The notes beneath the pieces are model-generated. The model had not been told where the DNA came from and made no database searches. It saw nothing but the letters and a program-made list of their open reading frames with translations. From assembly GCA_024679065.1 (NCBI GenBank), contig JAGIQG010000016.1, forward strand, positions 50,158,001-50,222,000: DNA of 64,000 nucleotides, read 5' to 3'. The DNA is from Sphyrna mokarran (lineage: Eukaryota). A program made the position numbers and the translations under genes. This document shows, one piece after another, positions 52,601-63,184 of the stretch. Positions within the stretch are counted from its first letter, which is position 1, and each line of letters begins with the position of its first letter.

Positions 52601-55600
52601 CAAAAAGGGCTGCCTGCTTTTCCTGAGAAAGGATCAGGAGTCTTGCCTTAAAGCGATTAATGCTGTTTTTGGCAATAAACCGCTGCGAGGCAGCCATTAG
52701 GATTGTGGAAGAGCTAAACCCCCATCCACTCACTTTTTAACTTAATGGGGAGAAGGGGGTGGAGAAATAGAGAAACAGAGCTCATGATACTGCAAAAAAA
52801 GCCAGCCTCCTCTGGTTCTATACAACTGTATTGTTTTATTACTGGATTCACAGCCACGAGGCACTTTATAGCAAAACTTCAAAAAAACAATTTGATGCCA
52901 CGAGATGAACTTGTCTTCATGAAACTGAGCCATGGCTCACGGCTACCTCATCAGAATTCCTTAGCTCAGAAACTGTTCAGTGTGACACAAGCATATTAAA
53001 CACGTTCGCTTGACATTTTCAAAATAAATAGATCAATACTTCCATTAAACAGCAGAGCAAAGAATGTCATGCAATTATGTCAAGCATTCATGGACTAATA
53101 TTTGAAGAGATAACTTTCAAACCTTTGGAATGTAATCCTCATCTCATCAGCATGCTTTTCTTGTTAAATCAACAATGACATTCACTATATATAAAGTATT
53201 TATTGTGTTAGCTGAAACTCAACTTAAACAGAAAACCACAACTCTTAAACATTTGCATTGCTCTGCACACTAATGTATGAATCACTGAAAATTCACATAT
53301 ACCCATTAGACTATCGGTAAAAGGGCTCCAAGGCTCTTGATAATGTAAAATTTTACCATTCATTGAATCTGCTGCTGTTTGTATAGGAACTGGTCTTTTT
53401 AACAGAAGGTTCTAAGAAAGCAAATGGGGAAAATCGACATGCCCCGAAAATTATTCGCATAAATATAGATGTAATTACATTGTAGATTTAAATTCTCTAC
53501 AATACCTCTTGCTTAACAGATATAGGGCACCGTAGTAAGCAATACTGCCTTGCAGGATCAGGGACTCGGGTTCAGCCTTGAGTGACTGTCTGAAAGAAGT
53601 TTGCAAGTCTCCGTGTCTGCATGGGTTTCCTCCTGGAGTTCCAGTTTCCTCCCACAGTCCAAAGATGTGTGAGTTAGATGGATTGGCCTTGGTCAATTGC
53701 TTGTATCAGGCGGATTTGCAGGGTAAATATGTGGGGTTATGGGGTCTGGGTGGGATTGTTGTTGGTGCAGGCTCGATGGGCCGAATGGCCTCTTTCGACG
53801 CTGTACGTATTCTATGATATCAGCCTGGATTTTTTGAACCGCTCCCACTATTTTGCTTCAGTAGATTTGGGTTCGTTAGTGGGTCGAGCACATGCAAACT
53901 ACTGAGTGGCTCAGAAAATCAACTTAATCAGAAACAATGTCTTTGTCCTGCTCCAGCGAGTCCCAGAGTTCTGCAGCAGCAAATCCCCACCCTCCACAAC
54001 TCCAGTGTAATGGATTGTCTGCTAACAAATTGTGAGCTTGCCTTTCACATTCAGGATATTCAAGACTGCAAGAAGGAAGTCACATCTCCCAGGAGAGATG
54101 TATCCAAATTAGAAAATGCAGATTACTGAAACAAAGGAGGAATTCATGAGTTGCACATTTATTACTTACCAATGCAAGATATGAACATGGGGCACTTAAT
54201 CAACCAAGCCTACAGTGCATTAGCGTCATTAACACAGAATGCACTAAGGTAACTATCCTGAAGTCCAACCATGAACTCTCACAATTTATAATTACTAGAC
54301 GAATAAGCAGTTATATGATCAATGGAACACTGCACATTTAAGGAAAAACAGCCAATGTGTATTGTGGCTATAGACTCTTTCGCTACCCCAGCAAATTTTT
54401 TTTCAAACTCAGCAAGAGTCCATCAGTCAAAAAGGATTTTGGCTGCTACCAGTGTTACAATCCCAATGGAGATTAGCACACCAAAAAAAACTGAATTTAT
54501 CAAACAACCTCTAATTAGGTAATAAATCAACAGACAATGAGCTTTATTGGAAGTTTGTGAAACAACTTTTTATAAAGTATTTCATTCAGCATTAATCAAT
54601 TTCATCATGCTTATTTAATCAATGGATTATTGTAGCAGTAACTGAAAAACAGTTAACATTGTGTACCTTGCACGATGATGTGGGCCACAGCCTGGATGGA
54701 GCCTTCAGTGTTGCTCGCATTACAGTTGTACTGTCCCTGATCCTCAAAGGTGACATTCTGCATGAAAAGCCCACCAGATGAAGTGATAGTGTACCTGGAG
54801 TCATCAGGAATCGGGTTGTTATTGCCCTTAGTCCAGATGATGCGGGGTTGAGGATGACCTGACACTCCGCATTCAAGCGTGACGCTTTCCCCGACCAATA
54901 CCTCTGTGTTTTGAGGCTGAATTACAAAAGTGGGTTTCGCTGAAAAAAAAATGTTCAGCTTTTAAAAATATTCGACCCAAGGAAATTCTGAGTTCGTGTT
55001 ACATACAAATCATCCAGACAGCATTACATTGTGAAAATCACAACTTCTCGCATCAAGCAATTCATAAAATAGACAGAACTGTGCCCAACCTTTGCAAATA
55101 GTCTTAAGTAATCTGTTAAGCATTGCATTTCGCACATTGATGCATCAATATCAAGTACCATCTTTGGGTTGTGGATGAGAGATAATTGGACTGGTGGTGA
55201 GGGATAGAGAAAAGAGTAAAGAGGGAAATAAGGAGAGGCTTGGAAGGAAGGAGAAATCAGGCAGGAATGGAGAAAAGTACATCAGCACAGACGATGGATG
55301 TTGGAATATCCCAGCATGCAAGGAGAAAATGCCCTGATTACAGACAACATTAATAAGGCAACCTGCTTTTTCTATTACTGCTAAGTTCTGACAAAACTGT
55401 GCAGAACATTATAATTAATAGACCCCAATTTATCAAACAACAAATAAATTTAGGATTTGCAAACAACAGAGATTGCAATTTACTTAAGCTTTGTTAACAA
55501 CACAGGTGCCTGTCAATATTGTCAAGAACTTTTCATTTTTAAACAGAAGATCAATTCCTCCAGGAATGTTCACGATATTAAAATTATTAGTAACACTTCA

Positions 55601-58600
55601 AATCGGAACTCCTCATCACAATACTACCTACAGGTTTGATAGTTAACACAATTAAGTGTGGATACTTTTATGATGCAACTTTCCCAAAGGATGTGTTTAA
55701 TTCAGGAGTCTTCAATGCATTTCGAAATGCAGTGTTTTGAGCTTCCACCCCTTTTTATTATGTATGTTAGAATATAACTGATGATAACATTGGATCTGTT
55801 GTCCACCAATATGACAACTGGTAAGAAGCTGTAAGAGTCACCTGACCCAGTAAACTGTGTAACCAATAACAGAATGATGTGATGATCAGCTGATTCAGTA
55901 TAAATTAGATCATGTTGGGAATTGTAGGAGCTGGGAATGGCCCAGGATGAGCCTTCATCTTTGGAGTAATGAAGTTTTTTTACTGAAACTTTTCTATGAT
56001 TTATAAATTGGATTAGGTTTTGTTAAATTTTTATTGTCTACACTGGAAGAGTTCCTTCTGGATCAATATTGAATTCTGCAACAGTACTTATCTATTGAAT
56101 CGTGTAGATTCATAGTGTCGAATTTCACATTTGCTTCCTTAACATTAGACACTCTAGTAGTGAAGATTACAGATCAAAATCATTATTTTGGTGGAAACAT
56201 TATGGTGGAATAATTGGTAATTTTGACCATATCTAAACAAAGAACGCAAATTTTAAAAATGTTTAAAATTAAATCCAGTTCCCTACAGATCACAATTTGC
56301 TCCATTAACATTGAGAAACATGCCTTCCACCCAGTCTGATTGGCTGAACATTATTTCTGATGTGAGTGTGTTAACTAATCAATTAGCTGTTTGTGAACAT
56401 GATTTATGTTTGTGTCCACCCTCTGAAGTTTAACTAGGTAATAGTTTGACAAAAGAAAAAGTGATTTATACATTTTTTTGTGGTAGTTTTTATGAAATGT
56501 ATGTTTTCATTAATTAAATTTAATTGTAAAGATAAAAAAAACTCATGACAAGCGTCACGCATTACTTCACAGCTTAAGCCAAACAAAAATTTCCAACAGT
56601 AAGACAGTAAAAAGTATCCATTGATCAAAAAGTCAATTGCCTCATCTTAAAATAAAAAAGCCGTTGACTATCTTAAAGAGATTGTGTTCATCTTTCCAAT
56701 GCTAAATTCAATAATGTGAATCAATATTATTACATTTTATGCCAAAGAACAGAAAGTGTAATGCAAAATAATACAAACATTTATCTTGTGTTTTGTTGAG
56801 TATAAGAGAGAACAAAGGGAGTCACTTGTAGGCCAGACCTGGTAAGGATGGCAGATTTCCATCCCTAAAGGACATTACTGAACCAGATGCTTTTTTCCGA
56901 TAATCAACAATAGTTTCATGGTATTCAGTAGATTCTTAATTCCAGATTTTTTTTGTTTTTGATTGAATTCAAATTCCACCATCTGCCATGGTGGGATTCG
57001 AATCCAGGTCCACAGAACATTAGCTGAGTCTCTGAATTAATAGTCTAGCAATAATACCACTCGACCATCACCTCCCTGGTGTACCAAAAGTTGCTATTGA
57101 AGCAGGGATCGTTATTAAAAGCGAATCGGATAAAGAATGTGGAAATGTGACAGCTGAAATGGTTTAGCAAACCCCAGTTGGAAAAACTAGCATTGGCACA
57201 GAAATGCGGCCCACTCCAGCTCTAACTTTTTATAACCTTAATATCTTGTGTCTGAAGAAAGACCCTCCAGACCAGCAGAAAATGCAACATAAATGGTCAA
57301 ATGTACTTCTGCTTCCTTACATGGTGTTCCAAAATATCGGAGAATTACTTCATTTGTCTTGACTTCTCCTGCAACGTTTTTGGCCATGCACTGGTAGGCA
57401 CCTTGGTCTGACTCTTTGATGTCTTGAATCATCAGTGTGCCATCTTCTAATAGGTTCACACGATTGTCATCCTTCATATCTATCTCATTACTGAGGGGAC
57501 ATAAATAAGTAATGAGGATGTAGCATGGCAACTTGCGCATGTGATACATGAACCAAATGCAAAATAAAAAGCTCATCCAAGAATACAACAAAGAATTGTG
57601 AATGCAATATTAAAGTAAAACACACACTTCATGTTATTATTGATCTTGCTCTGTATATAACAAAAAAAAAGTCCTTCTTTAAAAGGCCTTGGTCAAGCCT
57701 CATCTAGAATCCACTGTCTAATTTTAATTCCATCAGAAAATGGGAATATGGAGACCTTGGAAAAAGTATGGAATAAGGGCACTAATTAATTAAATTAGAG
57801 ATCCTCAGAACACATTTAGAACTGGGGCTTTTTAACTTTGGAAAAGTGGAGACTTTGAAGTGAGTCTTGAAAACAATATAAGGATATGGTTTAATTGGAA
57901 TAAGTAGATTATTCAAGCTGCAAGGGTTATAATGGATACGTATATGTTGGTTGGATGCTCTTGTGGAGAGCTTCCAGAACAAGTTGCCACCACGAAGTGC
58001 GGGGGCAGATTTGCCGCAAGTATGTCAAAGAGCAGCTGGGCAGATTCCTGAGAGTGAGAAATGTATAGAAGGTAGTTGAGTCACTGATAGCTGAGCCAGA
58101 TAGTCTTTGCCTTCAACAAAATCTGGGAAATTTCCTAAATTGTTCTCTGTTTTTTCCTGGAATTTTGCCACTTTTGGAGATTTTGTGGCAGGATTGGGAA
58201 AGGGTAAAGTACCAAGAGATAGAAGATGGAATTGACTAATGGTGTGTGGATGTGCGGGAGCTGGACAGGCTTGGTGAACCAACTGGTCTTTTCCTGTCTT
58301 CCATTTTTATGTTTTTGAGCGGGATTTTAAATGTAGTGTATTAAAAAAGTTTCTGAAGATCATGAGTTTAACAAAGGGAGGGGAGAAAGAAGGAAATAAA
58401 ATAATTATTGCTGTACAAATATTGCAGAAATGCAACATCTGCTTTGAAACTTTTTTTTTTGGCCTAAATATTGCAGTTGCCTGTTCTGAGGTATTTGCTT
58501 GGTGCACAACAGTTGAAGTGTATTCAGTTTAACAACACTATTAGAATAAAAGTTCCACAAATATTCTTGCAGTCAATAAATGTTTTGAACCTGGAGAGAA

Positions 58601-61600
58601 ATTTAGGTCTATATTTCACTCAATGAACCACCCTTAACGCATACAAATATGAAAGAGTGAAGAAATGTGAAGTTGTAATCCAAGATATATTGTGGAGAAA
58701 AAAAAGCGCAACTAAAATAGCTTATTTTCCTATAGAGTCCCTGGATATTATGGAAAACTCCATTGCGAAGAAATATATCTGGACTGTTGACAAAGGAAGA
58801 CCACCCACAAATTCAAAAAGACAATAAGTGGGCTATTGTGTAATTGAAAGAATCTATACCAAGTTAAACCTTTGGAGGATTTGGTGTGATTCCCCCAAAG
58901 CAGCATGTGGTAACGGATTTGGTAACAGAGGGCATATACCAGTTTCTTTTTACAAAATGTGTGTTGAGGCCTTTGTCTGCCTATGCAGGTGGGTATAAAA
59001 GACCTCTTGATATTTTATTCCAGCGCTCAGCAGAAGTGCCTTTGCTGTCCTGGTCAACATTTATCCCTCAACCAACAGCACTGAAAAACAAACAATTCTG
59101 TTATTTATCTCACTGCTGTGTGTGTGATCTTGCTGTGCGCAATTTGGCTGCTATGGCTTTCCTACAATACAACAGTGACAATACTTTACTGCTATTTAAT
59201 TAGGCAGAAAGTGCAAGGGGATATTTTTAGGATTTAAAAGGCACCAGATGAAAGCAAGTTCTTTCTTTCATTGTAACATTATGCTGGCTGATTAAAAAAC
59301 AATCAACTGCTGATCTGCAGAATGCAGTTTTGAGTGGCTGAAAAAGAGAGATCAAAATAATTGGGCCAAAGGTGTTGCTTAGCAACAATTGCCTTGTTTT
59401 TCTGAATTTATTTTGTATCATGTGTTTCTCTGTGGGTGCCCCAAAGCAATTGACATCCAATTAAAGAGGAAACACATTGTTTTTTAGGTAATGTTTTGGC
59501 AACACTATTTAAAAACACTATTTCTATGTCAAAAGTGTAATAGATATAGTGAAATGTGTCCTTCATCAACCTGCAGTTTATGTAATTTGTAATAATGGAA
59601 CTGTTTAGCCAACGATGACTTGGAGTATGCCAATTATTAGGACATGTGTCAACATGGTATCAATAGTTGGAAGAAACTTTACAATTAAGTAACATTTCTT
59701 GGGAATACACAGCCATAACAAATTAGCTGTTCCACCAGTTCCTTTGGGAAGTCTCTCGGAACATTTGCTTATAAAAGCATTGAAGACCTTTTTAGCATCT
59801 CACTGTCTGAAATTGTGAATGAACTGGAACACCTTCCAATTTAAAATTGGTAAGACGTCATAAGATCATAATACATAGAAGCAGGAGTAGACCATAAGGT
59901 CTACCAAGTCAGCTCCAGTCCCATTCAATGAGATCATGGCTGCTCTGAGAGGAAAACCCTCACCTCTAGAATGACGGGGTCATTATCTTAGGATAAGAAG
60001 TAGCAAATTTAAAACAGAATTGAGGAGAAACTATTTCTCCCAAAGGGTTATGAATCTGTGGGATTCGCTACCACAAACTGCAGTGGATGCTGGCACAATG
60101 AGTAAATTTGAGAAGTTAGACAGATTTTCAATTGGTAATGGGTTGAAGAGTTAAAGAGAGAAGGCAGGAAAATGGTGATGAGGAGCATATCAGCCCTGAT
60201 CGAATGGCAGAATGGACTCGATGGGCCAAATGGGCCTAATTCTGCTCTTATATATCTTATGAGCTAATGAATTCCAATTTCCAGTCTTATCCCCATAACC
60301 TTTAATTCCCTTACTGATAAAAATCTATCATAGATTTGAACATATCCAACAACTCAGTTAATCAGTTTGGCTCAAGCAAGAAACTCTGCGTTCAACGGTT
60401 GATTCTAACTACCTTGTGTCTGCTTATTCAAGGCAGACCCACATTGTCCTATTTGACCATGAACTCACATCCTGGCCATTGGTAAAATCATAATCTTCAC
60501 TTCTGTACTGTTGCTCACTTCTATGCCATCCCTCCCCATCCTTCAACTTTCTCAAGTCCCAGTTTACACTCTCCGATATTCTGACAGCAGCTTGCTACAT
60601 GTTTCACTCCGTCATTAATGGTATAGTCTTAAACTTGAGAACATTCTTGCAAAACAATTACACATCATCCTATTCCTTTCCACCTTCAAACACACAGAAT
60701 CTAACAATGCCTTAGCCACCTGTGCTAAGTGCTAAGTCCTATTTGGCATATCTTTTTCCCTATAAAGGGTTCTTTTGTAATAGAGAGCACATAGTTACTT
60801 CTCACAATTATTGTGATTGATACCTAGTCGCCTTACAACCATTCTATTATCGTGTCTTTCTCTGATCTGTCAGTGACATTTCAGTTATTGTCTACTGACA
60901 TTTTCTACTTTCTCATGTTACAATTATACTTCTCTTGTTTATTTAGAATGGTTTCCACACCTCTTGTGAAGGTTAGACAGTGTTAAATACGAGTTACCCA
61001 AAGGAAGCTTAGCCTTTGCTGCTCTGGCAGGGTATTTGCATTTGATGAACACTTTACATTACAAGGTAAGGGGCACTGGGACGTCAGTAAATAATTATCC
61101 AGCTGAAAAGACCCACAAGTGAGTGGTATGATAACATCAAGGATTGTGCTTATGTTACGCAGTTAGTATTTTTGCTGCAGTTTTTATTGAAGTAAATTGT
61201 AATCATCAGCCACCACTTTGAATGGCTTCATTTGTGGTTTCACTCTGTGACTCCTCTGATACTCACTTATTGTGTAACCAGATGATGTTGGGTTTAGGGT
61301 TACCCTCCGCTCGGCACGTGAAGTAAACGGTGTTTCCCAGAGTGACATCCACATCCTGGGGCTCGGAGGTGATACGAGGTCTTTCTGCAAGAAAGCAGGA
61401 TTTGTGTCAAGTTCAAATTGCTTTTTCTGAGTAAGAAAAAGCCAAAAAAGGTAAGTGCAGACATTGAAAATTGTTATCACTGTGCTGAGTAATTGTGCAT
61501 AACTGGTCTGCAGCCGAAACTCTGAAATGCCTCCTATCCAAAATTATGTTTACCCAATAAATCTAAACCCAATGTCCTCGATTTCCCTTTGTTACAAAAT

Positions 61601-63184
61601 CCGACATAGCACAAGAACATAAACCACTTTGGACAGTTCTGGCGCATGTACCAGCTATGGTCAGTTAATAACAATCTCACATTGGCGTCAGGAGGTTGCA
61701 TTCCCAAGCTCAGAATCAGTTTAGAATGACTCACTTGCTTATTCCTCATTGCCTTAAGTGGCAGTCTTAAAATGAGATGTTAAGCCGAATTCCAATTTCA
61801 CCATTCTGTTAGAAATTTAAAATCTGCAAGCTCCTCTCACCAAACAACATTCAAGCACGGATTAATCCAAGCAGCCTGGCCAGTGCCTTTGGCCAGGCCA
61901 GAAACTAAATACACAACTGTTCCCCAGGCCACAGAGCATGTGTGAGCAATCTCACAGGTGATCAGCTAACACGTATATTGTACTTCCATAGGCAATATTT
62001 GGGCCTTGCTTGTTAAAAGCAATTGGTTCAAATAGTAAGATAAATGCAAAATATTGTGGATGCTGGAATCTGAAACAAAAGCAGAAAAGTGCTGGAAAAT
62101 CTCAGCAGGTCTGACAGCATCTGTGGAAAGAGAGTAGAGCCAATGGTCCTTTGTCAACAGCTTCTCCTTCAGGATAAACTCCATTTTTTTCCCTATAAAA
62201 ATAAGAGCTTGAACTTTCAAACTCTGATGTAACTTTGACATCCAAATGCAGGGCATACACAGGCTTGTGATTTATGACAACAGTTCAATAATCCTAATAT
62301 GTTATGTTGAACCAACCCTGCAATTCTCACTGGATTCTGCCTCAGCCTCAGGTCGAAAAACAACTACTGTCAGCCTCAAAATAGTTGTATTTCTGCCTTG
62401 GAGGTGAATTCTACCTTCATCCATGGTCTTGGCCCTTAAAATGGTTCCATTCCTAGCCTTAGCCCAAGATTTTACTTCTCCAGGTTGCAAAATATAGCAA
62501 CCAGACTTCCTTCCATTGCTGCATGAACTTCAGTCTCAGTGCTTGGTTCAATTCCCACTCACTCCTCACTTCAGAGAATCATAAGATCCCTACAGTGCAG
62601 AATGCCATTCGGCCCATTGAGTCTGCACTGACAACAATCCCACCCAGGCCCTATCCCCATAACTCCATGTATTTATCCTGCTAATCCTCCTGACACTAAG
62701 GGGCAATTTAACAGGGCCAATCAACCTAACCCACACATCTTTGGAGTTTAGGAGGAAACTGAAGCACCCAAAGGAAACCCATGCTGAAATGAGGAGAATG
62801 TGCAACCCCCCACACAGACACCTTTGCCCAGCAGGTCCATTCCCTCACTCAGTGTTACATTAACCGCCCGACAGCTTTGCTTCCCTGGAGATGTTCCACC
62901 TCCCTACTCAATTCCCGCACCTCCCCCCCACCCTCCCATCCCCCACCCATCACGTACGAATAAACCCAGATGGATCAACTAGCTAACAAGAATGAAATAA
63001 CTGAGACAATTTACCACAATTAAATTCCTGTACTGTTACTGTTGTAATCGACCGCCCCTGGAGCCTTCTGGGATGTTCACAGGTAGCAGCTGTCTGGGCG
63101 TTACCATGTTCAGCATATTTCTTTAGCAGTTCTGCCAGCCACATTAATTCACAATCACAGATCAGTGAATTGGAGTCCAAGCGA
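11293..63184 (-). CDS. PXDNL: Peroxidasin-like protein gene, 3' part (17 coding exons, about 1270 aa in window; 5' exons outside window)
   Basis: Manually spliced exons give one open frame: LRR-CT, 4 Ig, peroxidase, RSKR, coiled coil, VWC, TGA. PXDNL-type motifs ([44 protein letters not shown], Rx[21 protein letters not shown]) match my recollection of human PXDNL better than PXDN. Family call is near-certain; paralogue call is less so. Confidence 0.85.
12160..12515 (+). mobile_element. Second tRNA-derived SINE family ('family B'); others at ~45410-45810(+), 47258-47600(+), 56818-57075(-), ~765-885(+, tail)
   Basis: TGGCCTAGTAG A box, GGTTCGAATCC B box; tail GGCAATTAGGGATGGGCAATAAATGCTGGC shared with the LINE at 4845. 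Confidence 0.8.
13773..13886 (-). CDS. PXDNL: exon ~22, coiled coil end and first half of VWC (114 bp)
   Basis: AATATAG|ATA GAA ... TGT AAG|GTAGGA; [38 protein letters not shown]. Confidence 0.92.
14005..14133. mobile_element. Short MITE (similar ones at ~4482-4617, 25316-25443, 2870-3062, 37377-37695)
   Basis: TIRs GGCCGGGATTTTCCGG / CCAGAAATGCCCGGCC; the 4482 copy has GGCTGGAATTCTC / GAGAATTCTGGCC. Confidence 0.6.
14298..15141. mobile_element. Probable non-autonomous DNA transposon with C-rich core, hosting the 14756 insertion
   Basis: Imperfect terminal inverted repeats GGAGGTGATCTTACC / CCAGTGAGATCGCAGCCC. Confidence 0.45.
14756..14896 (-). mobile_element. Penelope-like terminal fragment of the same family as 5342-6093, with a short inverted tip
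   Basis: 14775-14893 resembles the reverse complement of 5341-5460; 14758-14773 (TGAGATGTTCTGGTCT) matches 5470-5485 in forward orientation; flanked by CATGA on both sides. Confidence 0.7.
15955..16969. mobile_element. Possible solo LTR with nested V-SINE
   Basis: TGTTAG...ATCACA termini; flanks TTAT / CTAT (4-bp TSD with 1 mismatch); internal (GA)n. Confidence 0.45.
19003..19090 (-). CDS. PXDNL: exon ~21, linker and start of coiled coil (88 bp; acceptor ambiguous)
   Basis: TCCTTTAG|A GAT ... CGA AAG|GTAGGA; phase 2 in and phase 0 out as required by the flanking exons; [29 protein letters not shown]. Confidence 0.72.
19354..19472. mobile_element. Penelope-like terminal fragment with fold-back
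   Basis: CACAACACCAAGTTAAAGTCCAACAGGTTTATTTGG...GCTTTCGGAACACTGTTCCTTCA followed by inverted TGATGAAGGAGCAGCACTC. Confidence 0.65.
20250..21450 (+). mobile_element. Old CR1 LINE RT fragment; resumes at ~24035-24400
   Basis: Decayed IFKKG..NYRP, HGFQRG and DFQKxFDKIPH-like motifs. Confidence 0.7.
22400..22930 (+). pseudogene. Harbinger Myb/SANT-like DNA-binding protein, two decayed exons
   Basis: FSDAD...DTLFP...[11 protein letters not shown]...GKQCRKI; GTAAGT donor at ~22618; CCCCACAG acceptor at ~22804; then [15 protein letters not shown]. Confidence 0.7.
23099..23892 (-). pseudogene. Harbinger (HARBI1-like) DDE transposase, with stops and frameshifts
   Basis: [52 protein letters not shown]..., CFSLHNLA, acidic tail, AREALI. 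Confidence 0.88.
25049..25172 (-). CDS. PXDNL: exon ~20, with proprotein convertase site (124 bp)
   Basis: TTTGTCCAG|AC TGC ... GAG AG|GTAACT; [41 protein letters not shown]. Confidence 0.9.
25755..26160 (+). mobile_element. CR1 3' end (others: + ~18055-18770, 27130-27435, 29170-29325, 38200-38720, 57670-58310, 59965-60265, 63870-64000; - ~85-320, 2660-3110, 21455-21770, 23895-24030, 28630-29140, 51690-52085)
   Basis: [13 protein letters not shown]...[17 protein letters not shown]; tail AGATCAGCCATGATCTT... Confidence 0.8.
26200..27110 (-). mobile_element. Old L2-clade LINE fragment
   Basis: Decayed YADDTQL-like and NFLxLN..KTE-like translation on the minus strand. Confidence 0.5.
29984..30192 (-). 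CDS. PXDNL: exon ~19, end of peroxidase domain (209 bp)
   Basis: TTTGCTCAG|A TTC TGG ... GAA G|GTAACG; [29 protein letters not shown]...[10 protein letters not shown]. Confidence 0.96.
31953..32087 (-). CDS. PXDNL: exon ~18 (135 bp)
   Basis: TGTCATAG|G TTG TAC ... GAC AG|GTAAAT; [45 protein letters not shown]. Confidence 0.96.
33798..34115 (+). mobile_element. V-SINE (HE1-like), CR1-type tail B; others at ~13445-13735(+), 27435-27737(-), 32635-32937(-), 41450-41748(-), 46230-46547(-), 48285-48597(+), 52112-52420(-), 53525-53818(+), 62575-62820(-), 8965-9135(-, fragment)
   Basis: Same head and V-domain; tail ATGGGCCGAATGGCCTC..CTGCACTGTAGGGATTCTATG; the 48285 copy has TSD CACTTGG. Confidence 0.85.
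34308..34570 (-). mobile_element. Distinct V-SINE subfamily, head-less copy; closely similar copy at ~63587-63845
   Basis: Shared interior TTTATAGATCTATGGATTA.AAACCAAATTTGAGACAATTTAGGGAG and (AAGAACA)n tail. Confidence 0.8.
35525..37028 (-). CDS. PXDNL: exon ~17, large haem peroxidase exon (1504 bp)
   Basis: TTTTTTAG|GT TAT ... GAA AG|GTAAGC; contains the 488-aa ORF with [54 protein letters not shown]. Confidence 0.98.
38835..39020. mobile_element. Fold-back Penelope-like terminal remnant
   Basis: CTGGCAGCATCTGTGGAGAG...CTCTCCACAGATGCTGCCAG inverted arms around a decayed TTGAAGAA...TTGAAGCGTT core. Confidence 0.65.
40150..40750 (+). mobile_element. Rex1/Babar-like LINE 3' end (others: - 1720-1940, + 29325-29705, + 37095-37372, - 39178-39555)
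   Basis: C-terminus [17 protein letters not shown]; tail TACATGTGACAATAATAAATCAAATC; interrupted by a CR1 tail at ~40530-40665. Confidence 0.7.
41169..41326 (-). CDS. PXDNL: exon ~16 (158 bp)
   Basis: TTTGGCAG|G CGT ... ACA A|GTAAGT; [52 protein letters not shown]. Confidence 0.95.
42440..42548 (-). CDS. PXDNL: exon ~15, start of peroxidase pro-region (109 bp)
   Basis: GCTTTCAG|CC CTG ... GAC AA|GTAAGT; [37 protein letters not shown]. Confidence 0.93.
42686..42710. repeat. (CA)n microsatellite; also (CA)n 29890-29910, (AT)n 8757-8782, (GA)n 16588-16624, poly-G 29214-29229
   Basis: Directly visible. Confidence 0.95.
42740..43772 (-). mobile_element. Probable non-autonomous Harbinger-type element with G-rich core
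   Basis: GC/CpG-rich island in an AT-rich intron; subterminal motifs shared with 21910-21980. Confidence 0.5.
44232..44388 (-). CDS. PXDNL: exon ~14, Ig4 second half (157 bp)
   Basis: GTAAACAG|GAT GGT ... ACT G|GTATGT; [38 protein letters not shown]...LTVT. Confidence 0.95.
47035..47147 (-). CDS. PXDNL: exon ~13, Ig4 first half (113 bp); absent from ORF track
   Basis: TCTGGACAG|TA ACA CCG ... ACA AAG|GTAGAC; [38 protein letters not shown]. Confidence 0.95.
47889..48047 (-). CDS. PXDNL: exon ~12, Ig3 second half (159 bp)
   Basis: TTCTTTCAG|GT GGT ... CTC G|GTGAGA; [20 protein letters not shown]...GQYECHA...LTVESL. Confidence 0.95.
49085..50800 (+). mobile_element. 5'-truncated CR1 LINE (decayed reverse transcriptase and 3' UTR)
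   Basis: [49 protein letters not shown]; CR1-type tail ending TTCTTATG. Confidence 0.92.
51428..51544 (-). CDS. PXDNL: exon ~11, Ig3 first half (117 bp)
   Basis: TTTCTACAG|AT GGT ... GCA G|GTCTTC (weak donor); [39 protein letters not shown]. Confidence 0.93.
54667..54939 (-). CDS. PXDNL: exon ~10, Ig2 (273 bp)
   Basis: TTTTTCAG|CG AAA CCC ... CAA G|GTACAC; [23 protein letters not shown]...GQYNCNASN...IIVQ. Confidence 0.95.
57321..57490 (-). CDS. PXDNL: exon ~9, Ig1 second half (170 bp)
   Basis: CCCTCAG|T AAT GAG ... CCA T|GTAAGG; [22 protein letters not shown]...[14 protein letters not shown]...RYFGTP. Confidence 0.95.
58955..59270 (+). mobile_element. DeuSINE-like (SacSINE1/AmnSINE1-related) copy; tail fragment at ~51040-51150
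   Basis: TGTCCTGGTCAACATTTATCCCTCAACC...CTTGCTGTGCGCAATTTGGCTGC...CCTACAATACAACAGTGAC resembles the Deu core as I recall it. Confidence 0.65.
61267..61384 (-). CDS. PXDNL: exon ~8, Ig1 first half (118 bp); not in the frame shown by the ORF track
   Basis: TTCTTGCAG|AA AGA CCT ... AAT AA|GTGAGT; [39 protein letters not shown]. Confidence 0.95.
63015..63184 (-). CDS. PXDNL: exon ~7, LRR C-terminal cap (170 bp)
   Basis: TTTTGCAG|T CGC TTG GAC ... TGT G|GTAAAT; [16 protein letters not shown]...[14 protein letters not shown]...EFNC. Confidence 0.95.

Noticed and set aside
11293-63184. Calling the gene PXDN
   Set aside because: The active site looks PXDN-like, but several paralogue-diagnostic stretches match my recollection of PXDNL. 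Not fully excluded without a tree and synteny.
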